Shown here: in pieces, positions 23,352-36,506 of the stretch
Layout: every line of letters begins with the position of its first letter
How positions within the stretch are numbered: the stretch's first letter is position 1
Assembly (NCBI GenBank): GCA_024704765.1
Contig: JAKMXF010000339.1
Span: forward strand, 1-64,000
From: Oopsacas minuta
Lineage: Eukaryota; Animalia; Porifera
Direction of reading: 5' to 3'
DNA length: 64,000 nt
Program-made: the position numbers and the translations under genes
The notes under the pieces: model-generated
The model's database searches: none
Seen by the model: the letters and a program-made list of their open reading frames with translations, nothing else
Told to the model about the DNA's origin: nothing

Positions 23352-24692
23352 CAGTCTGTAACAGAAAAATTGAGAAAATTAATATATTACTATCCTACCA
23401 CATTAACTCTCAGTGTTTAGTAATAAGCTGGATTCCACCTACTCAAAATCACTTGACTTGATATATTTTTACTTATTAATGACATTTGTTAGATTTTTTG
23501 GGCATTTTTTCACTAGGGTAGAGTCGGAAATATTTGTGTGACGTAATATTTTCAACTTTTCGTCCCGATAATTTGTTTGAATATATACTGACAGTAATGT
23601 AAACTGTTAGACCTAACTATGAATGAAAAACAGAAAAGAGGGGCAATTGATGATCTAATAAAACGTGGTGAGCTTTCTATGAAGGATATTTCCAAATCTT
23701 TGGGTGTAAGTTTGGCAACAGTCTAGAGAGTAAATCTAGAGATTCATATATTGTTGGTTTGGGGCGCAAGAGAGGGTCTGGAAGGCCACCTACTATGAGA
23801 CTCTCCATTCTAAGAAGTCTGGCCCAGCAAATTAGATGTAGGCCATATTTGTCTACAAGGTCTTTAGCCCATCTTATTCCTGGCAGGCCATCTCATGAAA
23901 CCGTTTGGCGTGCCATAAAAACGGTCGATTACACTAAGAAATATCCATCTAATCCACCCTTAGTAAGTGAAAAACAGAATCTTTCGAGTAAAATGGGCCA
24001 GGAAGCACATGTATCCTAAGAAATCATAGGCGCAAACAGTTTTTGCCGATGAGATGTCTATATGGCTCGGTAGAGGAAAGATAAAATGTGGGCAAAATCT
24101 TGGAAAACACGTGTGGTCCCAACAACGAAACATGTCCCAAAATTTAATGTATGGGCTGCATTTAGCTTAATGGGAACATTTCCACTCTGTATCTTCACTG
24201 ACAATATGGATGCTAAGATGTTCAACGCATTTTAGAAGGCCATTTGCTAACTCAGGCTGAAATATTTCATCAGGACCAATGGTGCCTGGCAATGGACAAT
24301 GATCCCAAACACACTTCTAAAGTTGCTAAGGATTTCTGATAAGAAATATCCCTAAACAACTACCATGGCCATCCCAAAGTCCAGATTTAAACCCTATTGA
24401 AAATCTGTTTGCTTGGGTAAAACGATAACTTTTGAAACGAGGCTCCAGGACAATTTTTGAACTCAAGAGAGAGCTAGAATTATTGTGGGCAGACATAAGT
24501 CCTGATTTTTTTCAGTCCTACTGTGATTCACTACCGCGACGTTGTAAAATGGTCATAGAATCGAATGGATTCCCAATTAAATATTTATTAATATTGTATT
24601 ATTAGTGCACTGTGCCCTTGATAACTTGATTAAGCGATTATTATTGAAGCAACAGAAATAGGAGCAATTCTCAATAGTTATGTTACAGGTTG
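23352..24692 (+). mobile_element. Full-length Tc1 (DD34E) element, decayed
   Basis: 25-bp TIRs starting CAGTCTGTAACA (20/25 match) with TA on both sides. ATG at 23622 (MNEKQKRGAI). Motifs GSGRP, FADEMSIWL, MDNDPKHTSK and WPSQSPDLNPIENLF. Confidence 0.9.
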
Positions 24693-25801
24693 TAAGTTCA
24701 TTCTGAGTAGATTATTTACTCATAAATTACGAACTGCGTACAATATTTATTCTATGAACTAATTGCGAATAGACTACTACGGAAATCTAAATACCTTCCA
24801 TTCAACAAACTTTCAGCAGATTAGTTGACTAATGTGTAGAGATAATACATTCCAATGGGCCCTAACCGTATCTCAAGATTTATCCCAGAGCCCAGGTAAT
24901 TTTGAATGGATGAAATTTCGAATGATCTAGTTTGTGAAATAATATCAAATGTCGCTTGAATTAACAAATCACTATTGGGGATTGACCTAGAGCATATAAA
25001 TACCATTGTTATTAATGAAAAATATCAAAAACAATCAACATAGCGGAAAGTGATAAGCAATATATAGAAGTCAGTATCACTGACGAAGAATTACCTGACT
25101 CTGGCTTAGATAATGAAGGTACTCCTGACCCTACCGCGAACTATCTGATGGGGAGACTAAAGATGTCTCGAAGCATCCGGGAAGAAAAGTAAACACAAAG
25201 AGAGGAAGAGGAAAGGGAGGCGGCCCTAATATAGCTCTTTGTTTTAAAAAGTTAATTAGGGATATACGAATGGAATTAATTATCTACAAGAAGGAGTTGC
25301 CCTTCAAATTAACGTAAATGTTAACTTAATGTTATTATAATTAACGATGTAGTGCATACCATGTATTTAATCCATTTATCAAAATTTTAAATCCTAAATT
25401 ACTACATTCTCTTAAAAGTTTGTAACAACAATATATTCAGTAGAATTGTAAATTAATTACCTAGATTTTAATTAGGGAATATTTCGCGAATTTTTTGGGA
25501 ACTTGTAGGTATAGAAGATATAAACTTAAAATGTGCTTTGTGTGTGGAATGTAATAAATCTGTAACAAACTAGATAAAGCCATATATAAATACTCTCTGA
25601 AATATCAAAATGTCTTAGCCAATAAGATGTGAAAGTTGGCTAATAAGGAAAGTAATGTATTATTGGTTCTTAGGCTCAAACAAAGGTTAATTAGCTTGAG
25701 AAAATTAATTAATAATTCTTATTTTTGCAAAATTATTCAAATACCAATTAATTTAACCTAATCTAAGTTTGTGATTTACTTCTGTAGGTAGAAAGTATAT
25801 A

Positions 25802-27120
25802 CTACGGGCGTTCAATAAGTAGTCGTTATCACATTGTAATTCAGAATTTTTCTAGCATAATTGTGTATTCAGTGATGGAGTTTCTCAAAGTATTCCCCTT
25901 CGTGCTGTAAAACCAATATCAGCCTTCTTATCCAATCGAAAATACTTTTTTGCAGTCTTCGGTTGGTACACCTTCATATACTGGAATATCGCCGATCCCA
26001 TCTGAGCTCGATACCTGATAGATGTTTCTTTAGGTTTGGAAACAACCAAAATTCACAGGGAGCTAGGTCTGGCGAGTAGGGAGGGTGATCTAGTTTCACA
26101 ATCTTCATAGCTTCCAACTTTTCTCTAACCAGCTTTGTCTTGTGCGATCGGGCGTTATCATGTAATATTCGCAATCCACGAGTTCCAGTCTTTGGCCATC
26201 GATTTTGGGAGAATTTTTCAACCTCTGTTAGACACTCATTGGTGAGAAGGAGCCTGTTATTGTTTGGTATTTGGAGACACAAATCTGACAGACTGGACCA
26301 TTAGAGTAAAAAATACACAGTACATAATCTACGGGGTCGAAAGTCATGTCGAGGGATCATTGGTGGGTCCTGTCCTTTTTCCACCCATACTTTGTTTGCT
26401 TCTTTTGATAAAGGCTCAGAATAATGTACCCAAGTCTCGTCACCTATTACTATCTCAAATAACCTTCTGGAGTCAGCTCGATCAAACTCAGGGAGCAATT
26501 TAGTAGCGCATTGGACCCTCTTTGCTTTATGGGCCTGAGTTAGTAAATGCGACACCCATCGAACACATATCCTTCGGAATTTCATATTATCATGCACAGT
26601 AGCTTGAGCAGTTCCCGTTGAGATCCCAACCGCATCAGCTATCTCCACAAGCGTGATATGGGGTCTTCTTCAAGTAACAGGAATACCTCAAGGATGCTTT
26701 TGTCACTGGCGCTGGATACTGGTCTCCCTATTCTTACCTCATCTTCAATGGACACTCTGCCTTCAAGAAAGTGTCTAGCCCAATAAACAACAGTAGAATA
26801 TGGAAGTGCTATATCCTTATAAACTTCCTCTAAATCTTTGTGGACATTTGTTGGTGAAATTTTGAGTAGTCTTCAGATCTTCACATGTGCTCTCTGCTCT
26901 ATTTTGAAATCGGTACTTTGGGAAGCCATTAAAATTTTACTATAATATACTGTCAAAATATAAATAGGTACAATATGAGAACAAGACTTCAGAATCATAA
27001 AGGTTTTGCATTATTGAATTCTCAATGGATGGATTGTTATTAGAAAATTCAGTTTGATCTGGATCGAAATATTCCAACTTACAAAATTTGGAATAACGAC
27101 TACTTATTGAACGCCCTTAG
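25802..27120 (-). mobile_element. Full-length mariner element, decayed
   Basis: TIRs CTA(C/A)GGGCGTTCAATAAGTAGTCGTTAT with 1 mismatch; TA on the left, TG on the right. Motifs IEQRAHVK, WVSHLL, GDETWVH, HDNARSH and HPPYSPDLAPCEFWLF. Confidence 0.93.
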
Positions 27121-27658
27121 TGCTAATATAATGAGTAGTTGTATGATATACTAAAACGGTGAAAGACATGTCGGTAAGTTATTCATCATTTCCATAAAGA
27201 ATTAATTATAAATTTGTTGTCAATGTAATGCCTTTTTTAGAAATGTAAGTGGTTGATATGCACATGTTCAATAGTACGAAATAATATATAAATTTATGCA
27301 CATACCATTCCCAGTAACTGTTCTACCTCGGGTTGATGATAATAATGAACAATTGCAGGTATTTAAAATACCACACCTGCCAGATGAACTCTCTTTGCTT
27401 CAGGTTCTCAACCTGGAAGATATTCCTGATGTCATACTGTTTACGAATGTTCATAGCATTTCAGTGAGTCAGACGTTGAGTATACGTATTCAAATGAAAT
27501 CTAATAAGATAATTTCGAGATCAAATCATCTCAAATTATAAATTTCAAATTTTTGAATTGATTTACAGCACTGATCATTGTTCATTGCCAAATCTTTAAT
27601 AATGCACATATGGACCTTGAATATTTATTTCAGTTGTTATACAGCATATTGATATCAA

Positions 27659-27861
27659 CCACATGTTTTCCAATGTTGTATTGAATTTCCTACATGCTTC
27701 AAGTTATTGGCAGGTATTTCCACATGTTTCAAGTTGTTATGTAGGTATTCTTGCATATTTCAAGTTGTTGTATAGTTATTTCTACATGTTTTCAAATAGT
27801 TGTGTATATATTTTCCACCTTTTTTTCAAGTTCTTCTCTAGGTATTTCCACAGGTTTCAAG
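27659..27861. repeat. Degenerate tandem repeat, ~7 units of ~30-33 bp
   Basis: Recurrent unit resembling TTTCCACATGTTTCAAGTTGTTATGTAGGTA, for example at 27686, 27717, 27748 and 27845. Confidence 0.8.
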
Positions 27862-28308
27862 CAGGGATGTTTTCCAGGGCGAACCCGCGGGAACGCAGGC
27901 GAATAATTCCCCCCTCACTAATGACTCAGATGAAGACTGTAGATTACTATTTAGTATATGGCTCATTACATTCCTATTCGTTATTCAAATAATTATTTCA
28001 ACAAGTAATTGTCAATAAAATAATTTCACTTTGGATATAGCTTTTGGTTAATTTTTCGATAGAAAAATCGGCGTATGTTCAATTATTATCAACAATCATG
28101 CTTTAATGCTATATTCGAGTATTATTTATACCAGATTATTTCTTGTATTTATACTTGAAGTATATTTTAACTTAATGACTGATAATTTACATTCAAATGG
28201 CAGAGATCGAAAAGTTCTCCTTAATGTCATCTTTTATATTATATTTCGAAAATTATCTCTTGCTTGGTAATTATTACATTTTTTGGATTTAATACTGGCA
28301 TATTTTGC

Positions 28309-30050
28309 ATGTCCAAGCAATCAAATAGTTTTTCATCCTTCAGAGACCTGTGGAAATATTAATTCTAGAAGTGAGCAACAAGCACATCGTATAGTAGATC
28401 AATTGGAAGACAATGTTTCACCCATCGAATGGCTAGACTAAGTACTCTTAACATTGGCTCACAAGCTTGAAATTTTGACAGATGATATGTGACGTGTCAA
28501 ACAGTAGCATTTCAATTGTTATTGTGTAAAAATGGGAATCTTGAGTGTAACATTTGTGCATCGTTAACAAGTCCAGGCCCAGACAGGACGCAAGGGATGT
28601 TTGTGGAGCCCAAAATGGCAGACAACGAGTGTCACGAATAATGGGATCTCTCACGGAGCTAAGTTGACGTTACCATGCATAATATCTTTAAGCATCTACA
28701 ATTAGATGCGCATGCTATGGAGGAAGACATCCTGAGTCCGAAAAACAAAAGTTGCAGGATTGCTCATGTGGATGCTATGAACAGCAAATACTTGGATACA
28801 ACAATGACGTATTTCCGTGCGAGATATTATATAGTTATAAATGACAGACCACTGAGTGATCATCAAGGCTTGATATTGAAATGGGAATTGGTTCACGCTC
28901 ACAATTCCCAAGATTTGCAATAATGGACCATATAGCTACTTGAGATTTGTTATACGATTTAAAACAGCAAACAATGGAAATTTTCAATCCTCATCGACAA
29001 GTTAACGACGGTGTCCGACATTTCAACTCTTATAATCTACTCGATTTGTAAACTGGAAAAGTTTGGAGAACCCCAGTTCTTGTTTTCGGATTAGAAAGAA
29101 TTTATGCATGGTGCGAGCACATATTGGATCGATAAAGCAACCGATGGAGCCAGTGTCTTAACTAGGAGGAAATCAGGAATTATGGAGCTACTAAGAAGGA
29201 TTTTCCGAATCTTATCACTTGGCGGTGTTTGGATCATCGCTTGGAACTTGCAGTGGATAATGCCAATAAGGTTTAAGTGGATAAATCTTTCAAAGTTTAT
29301 TGAAAAATTGCACTCAGTTTCTAGCCAGCCACCTGAAACAAGTGAGAGCTGAGAGAAATTGCTAATATTTGCTCCTCAGCTTCTAAAGATTGGTGATGTA
29401 CTGAGTATGAGGTGGATCCTAGTTATTACCGAACTGTACTCACAGTTTGGAACAACAGGAAGCAGTCTGCTTTGTATGAGGGTAAGAATATTCTTTTGAG
29501 CTTTCTGAGCTCTCCAAAAGCCTACAACCCGTTTAATGAACATTATCCAAGCCGATAGATGTATGAGTAGATCCATGAGAAGTATTCAATTATTGAAGCG
29601 CAATACAGGGACAAAGATGATGATAGCTAACGATTCAATTAAAAGGGAGATTTGGGAATAAATCTATAAATCAGAATCGTAACTTCCTGACAGATTAATT
29701 GAACAATTACTCGATTCAATGAATAATCGCCTTTTGCTACGGAAGCAACTGGATCGGTTCAAACTCATGAGAATTACCAGAAGCTTTTCGATGAAATTTT
29801 TCGTTCTTTTCCTGATAATTGGACACATATTCGGGTGTTGACTATGACATAAAAGGGGTACGGTCACTGTGCAATCGCATCGACCTCGAAAACAATTCAA
29901 CAGTGTCTGTAGTCCAAAATTATGTTGCCAATCAAGGACGACGAGTCCCTAAAATCTTTAAGCTTTACTAAGATGCTGCTCCTGTATACAGTTTATTCAG
30001 CTAAATGTGTGTTTGGATTCAGTTAATGAAGGAAATTAACACTTCTTCAA
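28309..30050 (+). pseudogene. hAT transposase pseudogene (ZNF862-like type), internally deleted
   Basis: KNGNLECNIC finger (~28530), YFRARYYIVINDRPLSD, ATDGASVL, HRLELAVDNA and a degenerate dimerisation motif near 29980-30030. A CAGGG-starting GC-rich possible terminus lies at ~27862-27915. Confidence 0.75.
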
Positions 30051-30699
30051 GATATCGTTTTCTTCGCTGCGGTTTCCTCTTGGTCACCTCTTTCCACCTC
30101 GTGTTTTTTCATTCTTTGATCATCTACAGTATGATGCATTAACAACCAATATTTGTTATATCTAGTTGGATTTCAGGCATCAATTGTAGGGCCATTTAGC
30201 TTTACAAACAACAATTTGCAATCCGCTGAATGAAGCGAGTGTGGAACTCCTATAGTACAATTCGTGTTTGTTCTTTGTATTTCTATATGATATAGATTAC
30301 ATTCAATTGATTTTCTCTAATATGCATATAGACTCAACAAAGATCATTTTTCCACTGCTCTGAAGACTGGACCCCATTATCATTGTTGAGCGTTTTCACA
30401 ACTTATGAGGCTTGGACCGGTTAACATTTCATGACCTGGCCTGGTTGACAGGTAACCTCTGACCAGATGACCCAGGGAAACGATTTGTATGTCAGCTTGT
30501 ATCCAGCTTTCTATGAAATCCTTGTTAAAATTATACATCATGAACTTTATCTTAATGAATGAATTATATACTTATATATTCGAAAGGAATTACTAGGAAT
30601 GAATGTTAATTCAATTACTAATATAGAGAAAGAGTGAAATAACTTAAGTGACAATTGAAGTAAACGATTGTGAAGTACGTCATATTTAATTCTTTTTCA

Positions 30700-31550
30700 A
30701 TGCGTCATTGAGATGCACCAATCCATCTACAATTTCCGGATTAAATCTTCCCCGATCCTTTCTCGTAACGCTATCGGCCGAACTAAAGTGGCATTCCGAT
30801 TCTGTTGAACTTGCTTGAATGATTAAAAATGATTGAGGTAACTGACAATTGGAATTCACAACTTTGTTTCCCCACCACTTTAAAGTATCAAAGATCTCTT
30901 CAACAATTGGATAAAAGTGATCTTTTCATAGCTTGCTAATTCCTTTCTTCAATATGTGTTCATTCCAATTTATGAAATTGTTAGTAGAAACTGTACTAGT
31001 GCCACCACATTCGCTTACTCTTTACGATTAGAAATCATTTTAGTATAGGATCGAGGTAGGTTGCAATAAAATAGATTGTATTTAAAGATGTCCACACCTT
31101 TCGGATATGTTCTTCAGTCATTAATCTTCTAGAATTCGCGTAATTATTTCATCACTAGCATCTATTTTCCAAGCACTCTGAAGATCATAATAGTAATGTG
31201 CTACATTCTGAATGGTAGCAATAGATCCATATTGAAGAATATCGAATATACGATGAATCTTTGAAATAATTCTTAACGGTTGTCAACAGGACAAGTCTAT
31301 TCCTGCAATAATACAACTCTTATTCTTATCCATGAAAACTTCTGATAAAATTGCATGTGACAGCAACATTGAATTGAACCTGGACTGAAGATTCCTCCAT
31401 GACCTACTCTTACCATCTTTTCTAGTGCTATAGGTAGTTCCGATTGGATTCTAGGTGAATTCTTTGAAAAGGTAACTGCCTTAGTAACGTTATCATGAAG
31501 CTAGTCGAGTTCATCAAATTCCATCATACAGTCTGTCAAAATGAAATTGA
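30700..31550 (-). pseudogene. hAT (Ac/ZBED1-like) transposase C-terminal fragment
   Basis: IIQASSTESECHFSS (dimerisation motif, ~30770-30825) and QSRFNSML (TRWNS-like, ~31365-31390). Confidence 0.7.
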
Positions 31551-31689
31551 GACTTACGTGTAATTGTGTATTTGTCAGAATTTTTCATTTGCCATGGTTA
31601 GATATGAACCGCATTTGTTTTCTGATTCATTTATACATGTATATCAAGATACCATTAGTTGATTGATTCTAGAATACACGAACAACCTA

Positions 31690-32790
31690 CCCGTCTGTCA
31701 CTTGGCATACACATTCCCGAAAATATCTGCTATATTTCTATAGACCAATCCAATATCAGTTTTAGGCTCATATTGGTCTTTTAGTGTTGAAATACATAAT
31801 CAGTATGGTGGAGTTAGAAGGAAGAGACCTCATCCGCAAATTATCCAATGCGGGGTTACAAGCGGTAGCGAAATACATCAATGAACAGCTATCCCGAGGA
31901 GCACTGTTTTACGCATATTAGCCTAATTTCGTCAGGGCAGTGATATACAGAGGAAATCAGGAACCGGAAAATGGAGAAAATTACATGTGAACGATGCTAG
32001 ATCTCTTGTAAGCCTGGTAAATCCGAATCGCAAGATGTCCATACGAAAATTGGCCTGTCGATTCAATCATCTTCGTCACAAAAGTTTGTCACATGAGACG
32101 ATCAGGAAGGAATTACAGAGGAGAGGGTACACCCACAAGGTTGCAAGGAGTATTCATATGCAAACAGATAGACACAAACAACAATGAGCATTGTGGGCTA
32201 AGAATAACAATCAAACTGACTGCGGGTAAGTTGTTTTTAGCGATGACATGACAATTTGGCTAGCTAGTGGCAGAATAAGGCTGTGGTGCAAAGGGAGCAA
32301 CAAGCGGTCAAGCAAAGCAACAAAAATAGTCCAAAATTACATGTTTGGCGAGCAATTTCTGCTCATGAGACCTTCCGTTGAAGTTTTAGGCAGAACCTCA
32401 CCGGAGAATTATATACAAACATCCTAAACGAGTGTCTGATTACACAAGCTCAGATATTGTACTCTGAAGGCTGGGTCTTTCAGGAAAACAACGACCCAGA
32501 GCACACGTCAAAGGTTTGCTAAGATATTCCGTGAAAGTCATGATATATTTCGTATAGAATGGCCAGCTTGTGGCTCAGATCTAAACCCGATCGAAAATTT
32601 GGGGGCTTGGATCAAACATCAGATCGGTTTGAACCCTCCTCGAAATCATAGTCGACTTGAAGAAACCCTTCTTTCTATTTGGGATTCTTTAGAACCCGAA
32701 TTTTTGAGACCTTATTGGCAATCTATGCCAAAACGTCAGAAGTTAGTGATACAAAGTAATGGCTTTAATCAAATATTAGTCTATAGACAC
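31690..32790 (+). mobile_element. Decayed Tc1 (DD34E-type) element related to the 6224-7601 copy
   Basis: NDARSLVSLVN...SHETIRKEL..RGYTHKVAR, VFSDDMTIWL, WVFQENNDPEH and EWPACGSDLNPIENL. Ends are poorly defined. Confidence 0.85.
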
Positions 32791-33841
32791 GTTGTAGTAA
32801 ATCTAGTCGTATTTCGAGGCTTGTGATGATTATCTTTTAGAAACTTAGGATGAAGACATAGTCTCAATTTCATCTTGTCACACTGTAGCTCGTTCCCATC
32901 CAGTTTTAATTGCGGTATTAATTCTGTCACAGGCGCAGTATAGCCTAATCTTTTGTGCAGTTGCAGCCACCATATCAGTTCTATTCTCAGTTGTAGCAGG
33001 AGTATTAGTTGGGTCACAATGAACTTCGGTTAAGGCTTGGTCTGGTTCAAACTCAATATTATCAGATGTCTTGCTTTTGGGAAAACCTTGCAGGCATATT
33101 TCGCGGTTGAGGGACCATAATTCCTTGCCACTTCCGCTTTCAACGTCTATTTCCTGGGAAAATTATTTGCGATGATTTTCGTACCAAATTACAAGATTTT
33201 AAGATTCGTCCCTTAATTGATGGATCTATGCCCTTGTTGCTAGCGCCATCCCTCGCCTATGTTCCAAATTAACATACTATGCTCATAATTATCACATTCT
33301 TTACTAAAGTCAGTGTGGTTATAATGTAGTTTGTGCAAATTGGGTTCCAGCACTGATTCCCAATCTATTTTTCATATTGGCTAAAGGAATATCCATATGA
33401 AATACGTGCATTGTTAAGCCCATCATGCACAATGCAACTTAATTGATTGCGACTGTTGTATGCAACAAAATTGCATCGTGTATGGTAGGCTTTAGGTTAT
33501 ATTATACCTGTATATGATTTGACTGAAATTCCCAACAATTCAATTGTCATAGTATATGAATTTGAATATACGTGCTACTCGTCGTATAGATAATCGTTGA
33601 TAGTAACTTGATATCACTATGATTTTCTATCACTAATGAAAATCTACATTCCTTTGAACAAATTATACTCAAGTTACACGGTGCAATAAAATGTTGACCA
33701 CAAACAACCACATAATCTAAGCTTTAATTATGTCGTTTAAGTAAAAAGCATTCCAAAAATGTGAATGGGTTGTAATGTATGTTAGTATAAAAAGACCATT
33801 CGTACATTAATTTGTAATATACTATTATCATTCAAACCACA

Positions 33842-34768
33842 ATGGACTATACAATATTACTCGAACCCTCGATTATTCCTGGCATTTCAGCAAGCGTATT
33901 ACTGTCTGATCTCTTTCTGTTGTCTTCTTCTCTGGAAAATACTATTGATTAGCTTAAGTATAATGGCTTGTTACCACAAGGAGTCCAGTGCAGATGTGGC
34001 TCAATAATGTATGTTGGTGTATCTACCGATTCTAAGGACAATAAGAAATGGAGATGTAGAACGTGCAAGACAACCGGTTCACTTCGTTATGAGTCCTTCA
34101 ATAAGGGTTCAAACCGATCTCTTCCCTCGCTATTGCAGTTTTTGTATTTTTGGAGTGAAGATATACAGTCACACGTATTTCTTGAGAAACAATTGCAATG
34201 GTCCCCGAATACTGTTGTGGACTGGAATAATTTTGTGAGAGATATTTGCATTGAGGATCTAATAATAAATCAGGAGCCAATAGGCGGACTCGGTATAGTG
34301 ATGGAGATTGATGAATCGAAATTTGTGAGACGAATATTTAACCGTGGTAGATTACTCACTGGTCAATGGGTTTTCAGTATGTATCAGCAAGGTACTGATA
34401 ACGTTCTGATGATTCAAGTTCCCCATCGCTCAGGTGCAACCCTACTTCCCATCATTCAGCGATATGTATTACCTGGAACTACCATCCACTCAGACGAATA
34501 GGCTGCTTACAATGTTGTCCCAGTTGCAGGCTACGATAATCGCACTGAGAACCACTCTAAGAATTTTGTGGATCCAATTGATGGTGCCCATACACAAGGG
34601 ATAGAAAACGCTTAGGGTATGGTCAAGAAGAGGCAAAGAAGAGGCCAAACAACAAATCCTGATTTGCTAGAATCCAAGCTTATCGAGTCTTGTTGGAGAA
34701 TAAAGAACAAAGGAAACATCCTAAACAGCATCGTCAAGTGCATTAGAGAATTATATCCTGTTGTGTAA
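33842..34768 (+). pseudogene. Merlin (IS1595/ISXO2-like DDE) transposase pseudogene, 308 codons in one frame with three TAG stops
   Basis: CRCG..KWRCRTC finger, MEIDESKF...RGR...QWVF, TIHSDE*AAY and NHSKNFVDPIDGAHTQGIENA*G. Stops at 33950, 34499 and 34613, with terminal TAA at 34766. TIR pair not identified. Confidence 0.9.
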
Positions 34769-36506
34769 TTTGGTTGTCGATATATATAGTATTACTTTGT
34801 TAAGAATAGTTACATTATACACTTACATCACATACTTGCTAAATGTTAGCATAAGCTATTCTAAGGGATATTGGAGCAAAATGCGCCCGTAATGTCTCGA
34901 ATAACTGCCCCTAGGAATAGGGTGGCTTGAAATAAATACTCACCCCGGCTAACATTAGAAGTTATGAAGTGTTGTTAACAGATTACTTGTTGTGTACTGT
35001 TAGTGACATACTATTATTAGCTGTGAACAGTAACAATTGCAACTTCCGTTGGACAATAACAGCTATTGCCGGGCTGTTTCTATTCCTGTCGTATTGATGT
35101 CGTGATCCCTGTATAAGCGCAGGAAGTATTTCAAATCATACATATTTACAAATAACTTTTACACAAGCGAGCTGAAGAACTAGTTCAAAGAAGAGATTAC
35201 TATTAGCAGACAGTTTACATGCAAACGGACCGAAACAATAATAAATAGAAAGTCCCACTGAAACAATTCAACTTGTGCAGTTCACATCAGCCCAGACCCA
35301 GGGGCAACCATGACACTAGCTAATCCCGTTCCTATATCGCCAGCGTATAGACTCAAAGGTCCCTAAAACAGCAAACGCGTTTGCACCTGGATAACAACAT
35401 GAATGCTAAGTTAGATCCGGTCATTTGTAGCTAGAAAATAGGTGAATGAACGTATTAATTATGAAGGTTGTAGCAGACTGGTTTTGTTGCTTATAGGGTT
35501 TCTGAAACCAGTGCGATACAATTAGAAGCAAGGGGGCCAGTTCTACTTAGGTTAAATATATCAATTTGGAATATTTCTAAGCAACAAATGAATCCTAGTT
35601 ACAGGGTGTTCAATAAGTTCATGGAAAATTATATTTAGAGTAAGGAGTACCTAATGTTAGATTTAGCTATCAATTTATTAATCATATATTTATTGATTAA
35701 CTCAAACATTGTGATACAAGCAGCTATATTTAGAGCAATAATCAGATCTTTCCGCCAGTTGTTTGAAAAATAATGAATTTTGAGAACTTAGAGAATCGAG
35801 TAGTCATTAAATTTCTCTGTATAAAAGGACTAAGCGCTACTGAAACGTTCAAAGAGATGAAAGATGTCCTCAAAGACAATGCCCTTAGCCAATCAATGGT
35901 TGCAAATGGCATGCAGAATTCAAACGTGGAAGAGAAAGCGAAAGTATTACAGATGACCCTCGCTCAGGAAGACCCACATTTTCTCTCCATCCAGAAACAA
36001 TCCAATCTATTGGTGGTGGTAGAGAACGATCACGATATATCGATCAGAAATATAGCTAATAGGGTAAATCGTGACCTATGTTATAATAAGGCCTGTTCAC
36101 TAGTGCGATTTTTGGACCATGGATGTCGTTTAAGTCCATTAAATTTTATTTTAAATAATCATGTATTTGATGGTATTAACCTAAATAGTGAACTTAAAAA
36201 TTGTTCTTAAGCGATTTTAAAGACCATGGATGTCGTTGAAGGCTTGTAAAAAGTATTTCTTAGAAATACATAATATTTATATTAATTTATGAATCAACCT
36301 TTTTGTTACATTCAATTTATTGAAACAATACATTTACGTACTCACCACCCGTTGTACCTTGTCCTCTTGTACTTTTATCCTAAGTTGTTTAAACAACTTA
36401 GCTTTTATCTCTGTAATGCCGCTTCTCCACTCTGCCCTATCAGTTATGTGCTTTTCTTTAATATACCTCTCGATTTCTCCTTTTTTATACTTTCAATTAG
36501 CTTGTC

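Noticed and set aside
27659-27861. CRISPR-like array
   Set aside because: The units are adjacent and degenerate with no unique spacers, there are no cas genes, and the context is eukaryotic.
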